This document shows, in pieces, positions 34,677 to 44,987 of a stretch of DNA of 52,575 nucleotides; the first letter of the stretch is position 1, and each line of letters opens with the position of its first letter. Source of the stretch: Microbacteriaceae bacterium (GTDB lineage: Bacteria; Actinomycetota; Actinomycetes; Actinomycetales; Microbacteriaceae). The notes under the pieces are model-generated. The model was not told the DNA's origin. It ran no database searches and saw only the letters and a program-made list of their open reading frames with translations. Where the stretch lies: NCBI GenBank assembly GCA_023254555.1, contig JALRLI010000001.1, forward strand, positions 1 to 52,575, in the 5' to 3' direction. The translations under genes were made by a program, and so were the position numbers.

Positions 34677-34909
34677 CATTTTCTCCTTGTTATTTGTCTC
34701 GTCTTGCGCGACAGAACACCCTTGCGGGAAAGATGTCGTAAATCGCTGCACTAAAAAACTTGTGACTGAGATTTGCTCACAACGGTGTGCGCGAAACTCG
34801 ACGTTCATTCAATGTTTACATGAGAGTTACTCTTAATCAAGACTTTTTTCTACAAAATGTGTTGGATCGCCAAATCAAGGCAAGAGTCGTCTCCACGTCG
34901 TAGAGTGAA

Positions 34910-35347
34910 ATGGTGAATTCCAATCGACTCCCATCTCTTGCGTGGTCTGTGGTCACGGTGCTCGTTTGTCTTGAGGCGATTGGATTAGTTGTTCTCTTCG
35001 GCTACACCATTGTAGGTTTTGCAAACAGAGGTGATGACTCGCTCATGGCAGCGATCAGCATACTGATTGTGGCCGCTGTGTCTGCTTTTTGGGCGGGTGC
35101 GACCTTCTTGGCGCTGTCGCGTAGACGGCGATGGGCGAGAAGCTCAGCGTTGACCATCCAGATTTTCATCATCGCTGTTGCGGTGGGCGCGTTTCAAGGC
35201 ATTTATGCACAGCCACTCATCGGGTGGGCGCTGTTGATTCCTGCGCTCGTTGCCGGTATTGCGGCACTCATGGCGTCACTCGATGCAGCGCCCAGAGTTG
35301 AAGATATTCGAGAATCCGACGGGGTAGATACCCCGAAGGAGCGCTAA
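34910..35347 (+). CDS. Hypothetical membrane protein
   Basis: 145 aa with 4 predicted TM helices. Confidence 0.55.
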   Translation: MVNSNRLPSLAWSVVTVLVCLEAIGLVVLFGYTIVGFANRGDDSLMAAISILIVAAVSAFWAGATFLALSRRRRWARSSALTIQIFIIAVAVGAFQGIYAQPLIGWALLIPALVAGIAALMASLDAAPRVEDIRESDGVDTPKER

Positions 35348-35367
35348 GACAGGTAGCGGCTGACGCG

Positions 35368-35871
35368 TCAGTCGAGTCCGACGAGCTTACGAATTCTCGC
35401 CACGTGGCCGGTTGCCTTCACGTTGTAGAGCGCATCAATTACGTTGCCGGATTCATCGATGATGAAGGTGGAACGGATGACGCCCTGCACGATTTTGCCG
35501 TAATTCTTCTTTTCACCGAAAGCGCCATAGGCTTTCAACGTCTCTTTGCTCGGATCGCTCAGCAGGGGATAGCTGAGGTGGTCTCGTTCCTTGAACTTCG
35601 CAAGTGACTCAACAGGGTCTGGTGACAAGCCAACCACCTGATAGCCCGCAGCAATGAGGCTGGATGCGCTGTCACGAAAGTCACACGCCTCAGTTGTGCA
35701 TCCCGGTGTCATTGCCGCCGGATATACGAAGATGATCAACTTCTTCCCAGCGAAATCAGACAGAGATTTCTTCGCTCCTGTCTCATCGTCGAGAGTGAAG
35801 GTTGGTGCCTTGTCGCCGGGGGCTAGGACTGGTTGAGTACTCATGGTCAAAATTCTATGGCTATTTCTCAT
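35368..35871 (-). CDS. bcp: Thioredoxin-dependent peroxiredoxin (BCP)
   Basis: GDKAPTFTL, FVYPAAMTPGCTTEAC (peroxidatic Cys). ATGA overlap with rsgA favours 35871. The alternative ATG at 35844 gives MSTQPV... Confidence 0.85.
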   Translation of the reverse strand: MRNSHRILTMSTQPVLAPGDKAPTFTLDDETGAKKSLSDFAGKKLIIFVYPAAMTPGCTTEACDFRDSASSLIAAGYQVVGLSPDPVESLAKFKERDHLSYPLLSDPSKETLKAYGAFGEKKNYGKIVQGVIRSTFIIDESGNVIDALYNVKATGHVARIRKLVGLD

Positions 35872-36893
35872 GAAAGAAGACGGCGGAGTGAATCAATTCG
35901 GCCGGCTGTTCGGTCGTCAGTAGTTGAATCACTGTCGTCGAGAGCACAGTCGGGAGCATCCGCTAAGTGCGTGCACCCCCTGGGGCAGTTCTTGGTGAGC
36001 TCAGAGAGGTCTTTGAATCCTCGCAAGATTGCCTCGGGAGTCACGTGCCCAAGGCCGAACGAACGCACTCCGGGTGTATCGATAACCCAGCCGTTACCGC
36101 GGTCACTCAAAAATCTGAAGCTCACTGAAGACGAAGAGGTGTGTCGACCGCGCCCCGTCACCTCGTTGACATCGCCAGTGGCTCGATTCGCATCAGGCAC
36201 CAGCGCGTTGATGAGCGTTGATTTACCGACACCCGAATGGCCCACAAAAACGGTTTCATGACCGGCAAGAGACTCCTTGATCTCCTCAAGTGGATACGAG
36301 TCACGACCACTGATGAATGTTGTGATTCCGAGATCAGCGAAGTTGCTCAGAAAATCAGCGGGATCAGCCAGATCCGCCTTCGTGACGCAAATCATCGGGG
36401 TGATACCTGCGTCGTATGCGGCAACCAGATAGCGATCTACCAAACGGACGCGAGGTTCTGGATTTGCCGCGGCTACCACAATCATCATTTGGTCGGCGTT
36501 CGCAACGATGACTCGCTCAACCCTGTCGGAGTCGTCGGCGCTGCGTCGGAGAAGAGTTGTGCGGTCGTTGATGCTCACGATGCGCGACAGCGAGCCGGGC
36601 TGTGCTGAAGTATCGCCGACCAGCTGCACTCGATCACCGATGACAATGCTGGTCTTGCTGAGCTCCCGGGCCCGAGCAGCGAGCACGGTACGTTCTGTCT
36701 TGAGGTCGGCATCGACCAAAACCGTGTAGCGACCTCGATCGACACCCGTAATCATGCCCACTACAGCGTCTGCATGCTCCGGACGGCGTTTCGTTCTCGG
36801 CCGATTCGCCTTAGGATTCGGTCGCACCCGTATCGATGACTCATCGAAGCTTGCGTAGCTTTCATCCTCGTCATCGGGGGTCAGCCAACTCAT
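35868..36893 (-). CDS. rsgA: Ribosome small-subunit-dependent GTPase A
   Basis: Circularly permuted GTPase (VTKADL ... GHSGVGKSTLINAL) with a C-terminal Zn-finger-like CPRGCTHLADAPDC. Confidence 0.9.
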   Translation of the reverse strand: MSWLTPDDEDESYASFDESSIRVRPNPKANRPRTKRRPEHADAVVGMITGVDRGRYTVLVDADLKTERTVLAARARELSKTSIVIGDRVQLVGDTSAQPGSLSRIVSINDRTTLLRRSADDSDRVERVIVANADQMMIVVAAANPEPRVRLVDRYLVAAYDAGITPMICVTKADLADPADFLSNFADLGITTFISGRDSYPLEEIKESLAGHETVFVGHSGVGKSTLINALVPDANRATGDVNEVTGRGRHTSSSSVSFRFLSDRGNGWVIDTPGVRSFGLGHVTPEAILRGFKDLSELTKNCPRGCTHLADAPDCALDDSDSTTDDRTAGRIDSLRRLLS

Positions 36894-38236
36894 TTGGCGA
36901 GCATCTCATGCCAGAGTTGAACGAATTGAGGAAGCGTTTTCGAAGTCGTCTCGACGTCTTCGACAACAACATCGGGCACAACCAGACCAAGCAACGCTCC
37001 GGATGTCGCCATCCGATGGTCTTCGTAACTGAGCCACGTTCCGCCGTGCAGCTTGCGTGGTTCAATGCGAATCCCATCGTCGAGCTCTGTGGCGTCACCA
37101 CCGAGCTTATTGATTTCGCTGACGAGGGCTGCGAGTCTGTCTGTCTCGTGGTGTCGGATGTGCCCGATACCCTTAATTTCACTGGGGGAGTCGGCGAGCG
37201 CGGCCAATGTGACGATAGTTGGGGCGAGCTCGCCAGCATCACTCAGGTTGAGCTTGATTCCGGAAAATTTCCCCGAGCCGCTCACTGTGAGTACGTTGTT
37301 TTCGAGCTCAACCTTTGCCCCGAAGAGCTGCAAGAGGTCACGAAGTGTGTCTCCAACCTGTGTTGTGTTCGTCGGCCAGCCATCGACGGCTACCGTCCCA
37401 CCAGCTACGACTGCAGCCGCGAGGAAGGGCGCGGCATTCGAAAGGTCGGGTTCGATTGCCACATCCATTGCCTTGATCGGGCCGGGATGCACAACCCATT
37501 CGGCCTGCGCCACACGCTCAACAACCACGCCACGGGATTGGAGCACATTCACCGTCATATCTATGTGGGGAATACTCGGCAGTCGTTCACCTGTGTGCAC
37601 GATGTGGATGCCCTCTTCGAAACGCGGAGCCGCGAGCATCAGACCAGAGACAAACTGACTCGACAGTGAAGCATCAATTTCAACGCGGCCGCCAGTGATG
37701 CCACCTGTGCCGTGCACCGTGAACGGGAGCGTTCCCCTTCCATCATCAGCGATGTCTGCCCCGATTGTCCTCAGCGCATCGAGAATTGCTCGCATCGGTC
37801 TGCGCCGCGCAGCGACATCACCATCAAATGAGGTAGGTCCAAGTGCTAACGCAGCAACCGGCGGCATAAAACGCATGACCGTTCCCGCGAGTCCGCATGA
37901 GATAGAAGTTGAGCCGAGCAGCTCGGTTGCGGGTGTGACGTGAAGATCGGGTCCGAATGGTGATCCGGTTTCAATTTCTTCAATTCGCACGCCTAATGCG
38001 ACGAGAGCGTCGATCATCAGCGATGTATCTCTAGAGATGAGCGGAGACCGAAGAACTCCTGGCCCATCAGCCAGCGCCGCAAGTATCAGCTCTCGGTTCG
38101 TCAGCGATTTTGAACCCGGGAGGCTCATTCGATGCTGAATTGCCCCCGGCGCGAGCGGCGCGCGCCACAATTTTTTTGTAGGGCCATCTCCAGGCGCAGT
38201 GGTATCGCCTTCTGTGTTCCGGTTGCCAATCAGCAT
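36890..38236 (-). CDS. aroA: 3-phosphoshikimate 1-carboxyvinyltransferase (EPSP synthase)
   Basis: LPGSKSLTNRELILAALA, and an EPSPS-like sequence throughout. 448 aa. Confidence 0.93.
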   Translation of the reverse strand: MLIGNRNTEGDTTAPGDGPTKKLWRAPLAPGAIQHRMSLPGSKSLTNRELILAALADGPGVLRSPLISRDTSLMIDALVALGVRIEEIETGSPFGPDLHVTPATELLGSTSISCGLAGTVMRFMPPVAALALGPTSFDGDVAARRRPMRAILDALRTIGADIADDGRGTLPFTVHGTGGITGGRVEIDASLSSQFVSGLMLAAPRFEEGIHIVHTGERLPSIPHIDMTVNVLQSRGVVVERVAQAEWVVHPGPIKAMDVAIEPDLSNAAPFLAAAVVAGGTVAVDGWPTNTTQVGDTLRDLLQLFGAKVELENNVLTVSGSGKFSGIKLNLSDAGELAPTIVTLAALADSPSEIKGIGHIRHHETDRLAALVSEINKLGGDATELDDGIRIEPRKLHGGTWLSYEDHRMATSGALLGLVVPDVVVEDVETTSKTLPQFVQLWHEMLAK

Positions 38237-38272
38237 CCCTTCAAGCCTAGTCGCAGGTATCGCCAGCGTTTT

Positions 38273-39007
38273 TTAGGGGCTGAGTAGGAATTGACGCAAC
38301 CTCTCGAGGTCGTGCTCTGCCAGTCCGTGCTGCAACAGATACTGAGTTGGTGAGGTATACGCCTCGTCGAGATATTCAAGAGTGGTGGCGAGAGCTTCAA
38401 CAGGGCTCGCAACGAGCAGTCTTCGAAGGGCGGGAGTCATAGGCACACCCAGCGCCTCAATCGCTGAAATTTGACTCGTTGCCCAACCGTCGCTGAGCAA
38501 CGTTTCAGTGAGGGCGTAATCATCCAAGATCTGAATGCGAGCCACCCCGACTGCCTCAAGAACGAATGCGACAACCAAACCCGTGCGATCTTTGCCAGCG
38601 GTGCAGTGAATCAAAACACGTTGGTCAGGGTCAGAGCTGATCTCTCGGATTACCTCAGCAAAGTTTGCTGCGTGATTATCAACCAGGGTTCGGTAAAAGC
38701 CCTCAAGTCCCATCTCTGGGTCGCGTATGACGGATTCAACCCCCTGAAAAATGGGCTTGGCCACCATTTCGGTTGTGCCAAGTCGAGTCGGAGCAAACTG
38801 GCGCTCGCGGTCATCACGAAGGTCTATAACTTTACTGATACCCAAACCGCTGAATTGAAGCTCGCCTCGTTCGCTCAACCGGTGAGGTGCATCTGAGCGA
38901 AAGAGCTTTCGCCATGCGGTGTGTGTTGACCCAGCTGGATAGCCACCGACATCACGAAAGTTGTGCAGCCCGTCGATTGGCAAAACTCGTTGGAGATCGT
39001 CGTTCAT
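38273..39007 (-). CDS. Protein-tyrosine-phosphatase-like protein (Y_phosphatase3 type)
   Basis: CX5R loop HCTAGKDRTG. A start at 39007 (MNDDLQRVLPIDGLHNFRDVGGY) avoids a 32-nt overlap with the upstream ABC gene. Track start is 39052. Confidence 0.75.
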   Translation of the reverse strand: MNDDLQRVLPIDGLHNFRDVGGYPAGSTHTAWRKLFRSDAPHRLSERGELQFSGLGISKVIDLRDDRERQFAPTRLGTTEMVAKPIFQGVESVIRDPEMGLEGFYRTLVDNHAANFAEVIREISSDPDQRVLIHCTAGKDRTGLVVAFVLEAVGVARIQILDDYALTETLLSDGWATSQISAIEALGVPMTPALRRLLVASPVEALATTLEYLDEAYTSPTQYLLQHGLAEHDLERLRQFLLSP

Positions 39008-39020
39008 CGTTTGGTGTTTC

Positions 39021-39851
39021 TCAGTTATGCCACTTGATGGTTGGAACAGCATCTACCAGTTTCTTGGTGTACTCGTGTTCGGGCGATGTGAGTACTTGCA
39101 GGGTGTCTCCACTTTCAACAATCTCTCCATTTTTCATCACGATGATCTGGTCCGTGAGCTGCACGGCAATAGAAATATCATGGGTTACCGTCAGGAAGCT
39201 GAGATTGAGTTCAGCTTTCAGCTGCGAAATGAGCTCGACGATTCTTTGCCGAATCCGAATGTCGAGCGCGCTCACAGGTTCGTCGCCAACTAGCAATCGG
39301 GGTGAGTGCACGAGCGCTCTGGCAATCGCTACTCGCTGTCGTTGCCCACCGGAAAGCTCATGCGGGTAGCAATCCGGGTCAATAGTCCCGAGCTCGACTC
39401 GGTCGAGCATCTGCTCAACGAGTTGATCATGATCGCCTTGCACGCTCAGCGCGGTGAGCGGCTCGGCAACGATTTGGCGGATGCGCATCCGCGGATCCAG
39501 CGAGCTGAAGGGGTCTTGCAAAACTAAGCCTGTCTGGCTACGCATCCACAACATGCGATTACGGGGGTGCGAATCAACCAGCATGCTGTCGAACTGCACT
39601 GAGCCCTGATCAGGCCTTTCGAGCCCGAGAAGCAGCCGGAGCAGGGTGCTTTTTCCTGAGCCGGACTCGCCTACAATCGCGGTGGAGGACCCAGACTCGA
39701 GCGTCAGTGAGACATCGTTGACTGCAACGACTGAATCTTTCGGCTGAAAAAATCGTCTTCTTGGAGACTGGTAGCTGCGAAACAGATGTTCGGCGTGCAA
39801 CAACGGGTTACTCACTCTTGGTACCCCATTCTGCGCTGCGTGCCGCTTCAA
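39021..39851 (-). CDS. Peptide/nickel (Dpp/Opp-type) ABC transporter ATP-binding protein
   Basis: Walker A GESGSGKST, signature LSGGQRQR, Walker B LLVGDEP. Confidence 0.88.
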   Translation of the reverse strand: MKRHAAQNGVPRVSNPLLHAEHLFRSYQSPRRRFFQPKDSVVAVNDVSLTLESGSSTAIVGESGSGKSTLLRLLLGLERPDQGSVQFDSMLVDSHPRNRMLWMRSQTGLVLQDPFSSLDPRMRIRQIVAEPLTALSVQGDHDQLVEQMLDRVELGTIDPDCYPHELSGGQRQRVAIARALVHSPRLLVGDEPVSALDIRIRQRIVELISQLKAELNLSFLTVTHDISIAVQLTDQIIVMKNGEIVESGDTLQVLTSPEHEYTKKLVDAVPTIKWHN

Positions 39852-40593
39852 TCAGCTCTCGAGTCACCTCATGCTTGGGCGAGGTGAGCACGTGTGCGAG
39901 GGTTCCGGCTTCGACTGGTTTGCCACCGTCGAGAACCAACACAGTATCTGCTATCTGGCTGAGCACTGCGATGTCATGGGTAACGAAAATGGTTGCGATG
40001 TTCAACCCTCTGCTGAGCGAGTTGATCAGGTCTAGGACGCCCCGCTGAACACTGACATCGAGTGCCGTTGTCGGTTCGTCGGCAATGAGTAGCTTGGGTT
40101 CAGTCGAAATCGCAGCCGCAATCGCGACTCTCTGTAGCTGACCACCTGAAATCTGGTGGGGGTAAGAATTCAAAATTCTGTCAATATCGGTGAGGCCGAC
40201 CTTTTCTGCCAAGCGAGTAGCAGCTTCGCTTCGCTGTTGTTTTGTGAGCGAGTAGTGATTGGTGAGGGCTTCGGTGATTTGCCGACCTGCCTTTTGCAGT
40301 GGATTGAGCGCGACTCGGGGCTCTTGAAAGACAAACCCGATGTGATCGCCTCGTATCTCGGCTAGCTCTTGAGGGGAGAGTGTGAGTAGGTCGGATCCGT
40401 CGAAGAGAATCTGCCCGTTCGTTTCGAATTTCTCAGGCAACACTCCAGCGAGTGCTAAGGACAGCAATGTTTTTCCTGCACCGGATGCGCCAATCACGCC
40501 CAGCTTCTCGCCTGACTCCAGTTCGAACGAAATATCTTTGAGCAGAACTTTCTCACCGAGGCGAACGCTGAGGTTCGAAACCTCGAGTCTCAT
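39808..40593 (-). CDS. Peptide/nickel (Dpp/Opp-type) ABC transporter ATP-binding protein
   Basis: Walker A GASGAGKT, signature ISGGQLQR, Walker B LLIADEP. Confidence 0.88.
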   Translation of the reverse strand: MRLEVSNLSVRLGEKVLLKDISFELESGEKLGVIGASGAGKTLLSLALAGVLPEKFETNGQILFDGSDLLTLSPQELAEIRGDHIGFVFQEPRVALNPLQKAGRQITEALTNHYSLTKQQRSEAATRLAEKVGLTDIDRILNSYPHQISGGQLQRVAIAAAISTEPKLLIADEPTTALDVSVQRGVLDLINSLSRGLNIATIFVTHDIAVLSQIADTVLVLDGGKPVEAGTLAHVLTSPKHEVTRELIEAARSAEWGTKSE

Positions 40594-41444
40594 CGCGCGA
40601 ACACCCCCGTTGTGGTGGTCTTACGGGGGTTGGATCGCATCCTGAGATTCGGGTCGAGAGCCTCTCTGAGTGCATCCCCCAGTAAATATGAGGCGAGAAC
40701 GGTGAGCGTTATTGCCAGCCCCGGCCACATCACGGTGAGGGGATGCACGCTGAGAAATGGCTGCGCTTCTGCAAGCATGCGTCCCCATGATGGCATCGAT
40801 GGTGGTGCACCGAAACCGAGGTAACTGAGTCCTGCCTCTGCCAGAATGGCGATTCCCATAGCCAGCGCGAGTTGCAAAATAAAGACCGCTGACACATTTG
40901 GCAGGATGTGACGAGTCAGAACACTCAGCCGTGAAGCGCCAATTGCTCGAGCGGACAACACGTAGCCGGTTCGAGCGACTTGCATAACCTCGGCGCGCAT
41001 AACCCTGCCAATGTTGACACCGAATCCGATGCCTACTGCCATTACCACTACCCAAACTGATCCGCCGAACACCGAGGCAAACATCATGGCGATGAGCAGC
41101 GTTGGGAAGGCAATCAGCACGTCGATTAGCACCGCGACTGGTTCGCGCATCCATCGTCTGCCGACTGAGCCCAACAATGCGAAGATCGCACCGAAGACCC
41201 CTGCCACCGCAGTTGCGCCAACTGCCACGATTACCGTCACTCGTGATCCAAGAATGAGTTGAGACAGAATGTCACGGCCGCTTCCGTCGAGGCCAAGAGG
41301 ATGACTGGGGGAAGGATTTTCCCAGGCGCGGTAGGGGTCTGCGTAAAACGGGTCACCGGGTAACCAAACCAATGACAGAAGCGCCGTCAGCGCCACCAGA
41401 GCGAGAACCGAGAGCGCGAAGATTGACCTTGGAGACCGCATCAT
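40590..41444 (-). CDS. Peptide ABC transporter permease (DppC/OppC-like)
   Basis: 284 aa, 6 TM helices, BPD_transp_1-like loop (SARAIGASRLSVLTRHILPN). Confidence 0.85.
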   Translation of the reverse strand: MMRSPRSIFALSVLALVALTALLSLVWLPGDPFYADPYRAWENPSPSHPLGLDGSGRDILSQLILGSRVTVIVAVGATAVAGVFGAIFALLGSVGRRWMREPVAVLIDVLIAFPTLLIAMMFASVFGGSVWVVVMAVGIGFGVNIGRVMRAEVMQVARTGYVLSARAIGASRLSVLTRHILPNVSAVFILQLALAMGIAILAEAGLSYLGFGAPPSMPSWGRMLAEAQPFLSVHPLTVMWPGLAITLTVLASYLLGDALREALDPNLRMRSNPRKTTTTGVFAR

Positions 41445-42394
41445 TTCGTCTCCGTACGCAGGCGTGGATCGATAAGTCGATGGGCAATATCAACGAGTGT
41501 GCCGACACCGAGAATAATCATGGTGAGTACGAGGAGGATGCTTTGAACTGCCGGCAAATCACGATTACCCACCGCATCAATCAGCATCCGGCCAACGCCG
41601 GGCAGATTGAACAACTGCTCCACGATGACGGCACCAACGAGAAGCCCGGCAATCTGGAGCCCCAATAACGAAATCACCGAGAGGCCGACTCCAGGCATGC
41701 CACGCATCACTAAGGCTGTGCTTCGAGTCATTCCGCGTGCCATAGCTGTTCGCACGTGGCCAGAATCGAGTGCAGCGAGAGCCGAACTTCGAACGAAACG
41801 CAAGAGCACTGCACCCTCGACCAAGCCAATGGTGAGCGCGGGCAGTACTAGGGCAGTGAATGCCGCCGCTGGATTACCCCAACCTGCAGTCGGAAATCCC
41901 TGAGAGGGCAGCCAATCCAGCCAGTTTGCAAGGAGTATCGTCAAGAGCATGCCTGCCCAGACCACCGGTACCGCTGATACCAGAAGCGCTGCGCCAGACA
42001 GAATTTGCCCGCTGGATCGGCCGTAGCGCAGCGCTGAAAACGTTCCCACTGAGAACGCGATGGCTGATCCGAAGAGAAGCGAAAGAAGAGTGAGCGGAGC
42101 GGTGACCTGCATTTTTTGTGCTATTTGCTCCGACACAGAGCTGCCAGTCACGGCAGATGCACCCAGGTCAAACCTGGCAACGCCTGCAACCCAGTCGGTG
42201 TATTGAACCAGTGGGTTCCGGTTGAGCCCGAGCGACTCCCTCAGCGCTTCCACTTGTTCGGGGGTTGATTCAGTACCAGCAATTACTTGAGCAACGTCAC
42301 CGGGCAGGATGCGCAACGAGAAAAAGATGAGCAGGCTCGCAACCAGCCACCCCACTAACAGGTAGAGCAGCCTGATTGCGATAAACCGGGTCAC
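41441..42394 (-). CDS. Peptide ABC transporter permease (DppB/OppB-like)
   Basis: 317 aa. RTAMARGMTRSTALVMRGMP EAA-like loop. Confidence 0.85.
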   Translation of the reverse strand: MTRFIAIRLLYLLVGWLVASLLIFFSLRILPGDVAQVIAGTESTPEQVEALRESLGLNRNPLVQYTDWVAGVARFDLGASAVTGSSVSEQIAQKMQVTAPLTLLSLLFGSAIAFSVGTFSALRYGRSSGQILSGAALLVSAVPVVWAGMLLTILLANWLDWLPSQGFPTAGWGNPAAAFTALVLPALTIGLVEGAVLLRFVRSSALAALDSGHVRTAMARGMTRSTALVMRGMPGVGLSVISLLGLQIAGLLVGAVIVEQLFNLPGVGRMLIDAVGNRDLPAVQSILLVLTMIILGVGTLVDIAHRLIDPRLRTETK

Positions 42395-43935
42395 TCGGCT
42401 ACTTTAACGCCCTCAAGGTTAATTCGAGAATTCGTATTCGAAGTGGGGAAGCCACTGACCTTGCTGTTGAGAGCGGTAGTAGGGGTGTAGTTGTAAAGCC
42501 ACTTTGCCACCGCATCGTCAGCGATTACCTCAGAAGCTTGTGCAATCTTTGCCGCATAGGTCTGCTCGTCTAACGCTGCGAGAGCTTCGGCGAAGAGTGC
42601 TTGAACTTCTTGACTGTTGTAGTTGAAGTAGTAATCGGGATTCGCATAGTTTGCAATCGTTCCGGCTTCGGAGTGATCAATGTAGCTCAGTTCGTAGTTT
42701 GCGTTTGTGTATACCTGTTCGAGCCAGGTCGCGAACTCAACCATGTCAATCTTGAGTGTCACGCCAATTTCTTTGTACTGAGAAACGAGCAGATTTGCGA
42801 TTGTCGTTCCGTAGAAGTTAGGAATCGTCATGGTGAGGGTCAGGTTTGTCACACCAGCATCGGCGAGGAGTTTTTTCGCTGATTCGGGATCGTAGTCATT
42901 GACCGCAGTCAGGTCGCGATATCCAGTCTCAATCTTCGTAACAGGGCTACCGATTGCCAAACCATCGCCCTGCAGCGCTTCAATGAGTGCTTTTTGATCG
43001 ACAGCGCGGCTCAGGGCCTCTCTCACACGCACGTCGTTGAGTGGAACCTTCTCATTGTTATAAGCCAGGGTGAACACATCTGTACTGGCGGCGCGTTCAA
43101 GCGTGAAGCTCTCATTGCTGTCAAATTCAGAAAGGAGCTCTGGGTTGACCGCCGTCTGCACATCAACATCACCGTCAAGGGTCGCATTCACTGCGGCTTT
43201 CGGGTCTGGAATGTACTTGAAAACCGCAGTCTCTAGCGAGGCAGGCGTGCCCCAGTAGTTTTGCTTTGCGGTAAGCGTGATGCTGTCGCCTTGGTTCCAC
43301 GAGTCGAGTTCGTATGGACCAGTACCATTCGCAGTGGTGTTGAGATCGTTTGTGGCTCCCTTTTCAAGGATGATTCCGGCACGACCAGCTAGCGAAAAGA
43401 GCAGCAGTGAATTGGGTTTGTTGAGTTCGATGACGACGTTCTTTTTGTCAGGTGAAGTAACTGATTTGACATCACCGAGCATTGGCTTCGTCTCTTCTAG
43501 CGACGCCGTCACATCAGCAACGCTCAGCTTTGCACCGGAGCTGAACTCAGCGTTGGTGTTCACAGTGAAGGTGTAGGTGAGACCGTCATCACTCACTTTG
43601 TACTCGGTTGCAAGCGCCGGAACGACCTCGAGAGTTCCAGACTTCAGGGTGACCAGGCCCTGGTAGACGTTGTCGAGGAGCACCTGGTCGAGCGCAGCTC
43701 CCGGTGTTGTGCGAACGTTGAGGTTCGTCGGTTCAAGTACCAGCCCAACTGCGAGGGTGCCGGTCGGTGTCGGCTTTGTATTCACGCTAATCAGAACGAC
43801 GCTCACGACGGCGATGAGTGCCACCACAACGGCGATTGCCAGCGTGACGACGAGCGTTCTCTGTGAGCTACCGCGCTTCTGATAAGCCCCGATGCCTTCG
43901 ACTGGCTGTTGAGAGTTAGGTTCTGAGTGTGACAT
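42391..43935 (-). CDS. Family-5 ABC substrate-binding protein (peptide/nickel)
   Basis: 514 aa with an N-terminal TM/signal anchor and an SBP_bac_5-like sequence (LVTLKSGTLEVVPALATEYKVSDDGLTYTFTV). Confidence 0.85.
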   Translation of the reverse strand: MSHSEPNSQQPVEGIGAYQKRGSSQRTLVVTLAIAVVVALIAVVSVVLISVNTKPTPTGTLAVGLVLEPTNLNVRTTPGAALDQVLLDNVYQGLVTLKSGTLEVVPALATEYKVSDDGLTYTFTVNTNAEFSSGAKLSVADVTASLEETKPMLGDVKSVTSPDKKNVVIELNKPNSLLLFSLAGRAGIILEKGATNDLNTTANGTGPYELDSWNQGDSITLTAKQNYWGTPASLETAVFKYIPDPKAAVNATLDGDVDVQTAVNPELLSEFDSNESFTLERAASTDVFTLAYNNEKVPLNDVRVREALSRAVDQKALIEALQGDGLAIGSPVTKIETGYRDLTAVNDYDPESAKKLLADAGVTNLTLTMTIPNFYGTTIANLLVSQYKEIGVTLKIDMVEFATWLEQVYTNANYELSYIDHSEAGTIANYANPDYYFNYNSQEVQALFAEALAALDEQTYAAKIAQASEVIADDAVAKWLYNYTPTTALNSKVSGFPTSNTNSRINLEGVKVAE

Positions 43936-44075
43936 GTGTTTCCTCCGAGCACCTGCGCAGATTCTGGTGCAAGGAGCTTAGAATCGTGACGCCAGGGCAA
44001 ACGAATTTTCCGGCGAGACGCGCGTCCTTGCGCGAAACATATTTTCACAAGAGTAGACCACCTGCATCGAATTTG

Positions 44076-44987
44076 CTACTTGGTGAATTCTGAGATTATC
44101 CCAGCCAGTTCGAGCGGGGCCTGTTCTTGCACGTTATGACCTGTTGGCAGGGTGAAGACCGGACTAGTGGGCAGCCGATCAATCCACTGTTGCTCGAGTC
44201 TTCGGGGAACCATCCCGCTTTCTCCCCGAACCAGAGCAACCTTGATTCCGGCGTCGATTATTCGGTCAAGGTCATCCCAAAGGCCCGAGTAGTCAATCTG
44301 GCGGTCTTCACAGAAAACGCTGTTTGTGCTCGGTTCGTCAGCGAGATGGGCAAGGTGGTGGGTCCACTCGAGGCGCCCGTCCCCACGAACTCGCGTATTC
44401 AGGGTGATGCCACGCCGAAGCGAAACGGGGTCTGAACCAATTTGATACCGGATGGCTCGCTCGATAATTTCTTCGACTGATTCGAAACTGCTCTGTCCGC
44501 CGATGAACTCTCTGATTGCGGCTCCACCGTCAGATGGCTCTACCCCTGGTGTGATGTCAACGAGAGTCAGCGAGTGAACCGAGCTCAAATTCGCTGAGGC
44601 GACGCAGATGGCAGTGAGCGCTCCGAGCGACTGCCCCACCATGTGCTGAGGTGAAGCTGTCAGTGACTCGATGGCAGTGCCCACAGCCTGCGTCATTGCT
44701 CGTGGGCGGTAGTCTGCATCATCACGCCAGTCAGATTTTCCATGTCCGGGCAGATCAATCGAGATTGCGGCCGCCCCGAGAGCCAGGATCGTCGGGTCGA
44801 AGGTGTGGGCGTTCAGCCCAGCTCCGTGCAAGAAGGTGTACTCGCTTGGCTGATCACCGAACTTGAGCGCAGCGATTGGCCCGGCAAACACGCGGGTCAC
44901 AGTTGGGACCGTGGAAGTCAGGCCAACGCGCGCTGCGTCACTCTCTACAAATGCGAATTCATCGTGTTGTGCATCCATGATTATCAA
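44076..44987 (-). CDS. Alpha/beta-fold hydrolase
   Basis: HGAGLNAHTF, nucleophile elbow VGQSLGA, C-terminal His region (TGHNVQ). Confidence 0.8.
   Translation of the reverse strand: MIIMDAQHDEFAFVESDAARVGLTSTVPTVTRVFAGPIAALKFGDQPSEYTFLHGAGLNAHTFDPTILALGAAAISIDLPGHGKSDWRDDADYRPRAMTQAVGTAIESLTASPQHMVGQSLGALTAICVASANLSSVHSLTLVDITPGVEPSDGGAAIREFIGGQSSFESVEEIIERAIRYQIGSDPVSLRRGITLNTRVRGDGRLEWTHHLAHLADEPSTNSVFCEDRQIDYSGLWDDLDRIIDAGIKVALVRGESGMVPRRLEQQWIDRLPTSPVFTLPTGHNVQEQAPLELAGIISEFTK

Noticed and set aside
35360-35371. Perfect 12-bp palindrome CTGACGCGTCAG between convergent genes
   Set aside because: It is too short and loop-less for a terminator, and it overlaps the bcp stop codon. It is probably fortuitous; it contains an ACGCGT site.
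36836-37669. 277-aa plus-strand ORF
   Set aside because: It is entirely antisense to aroA, which has unambiguous EPSP-synthase motifs. This is a typical GC-rich shadow ORF.
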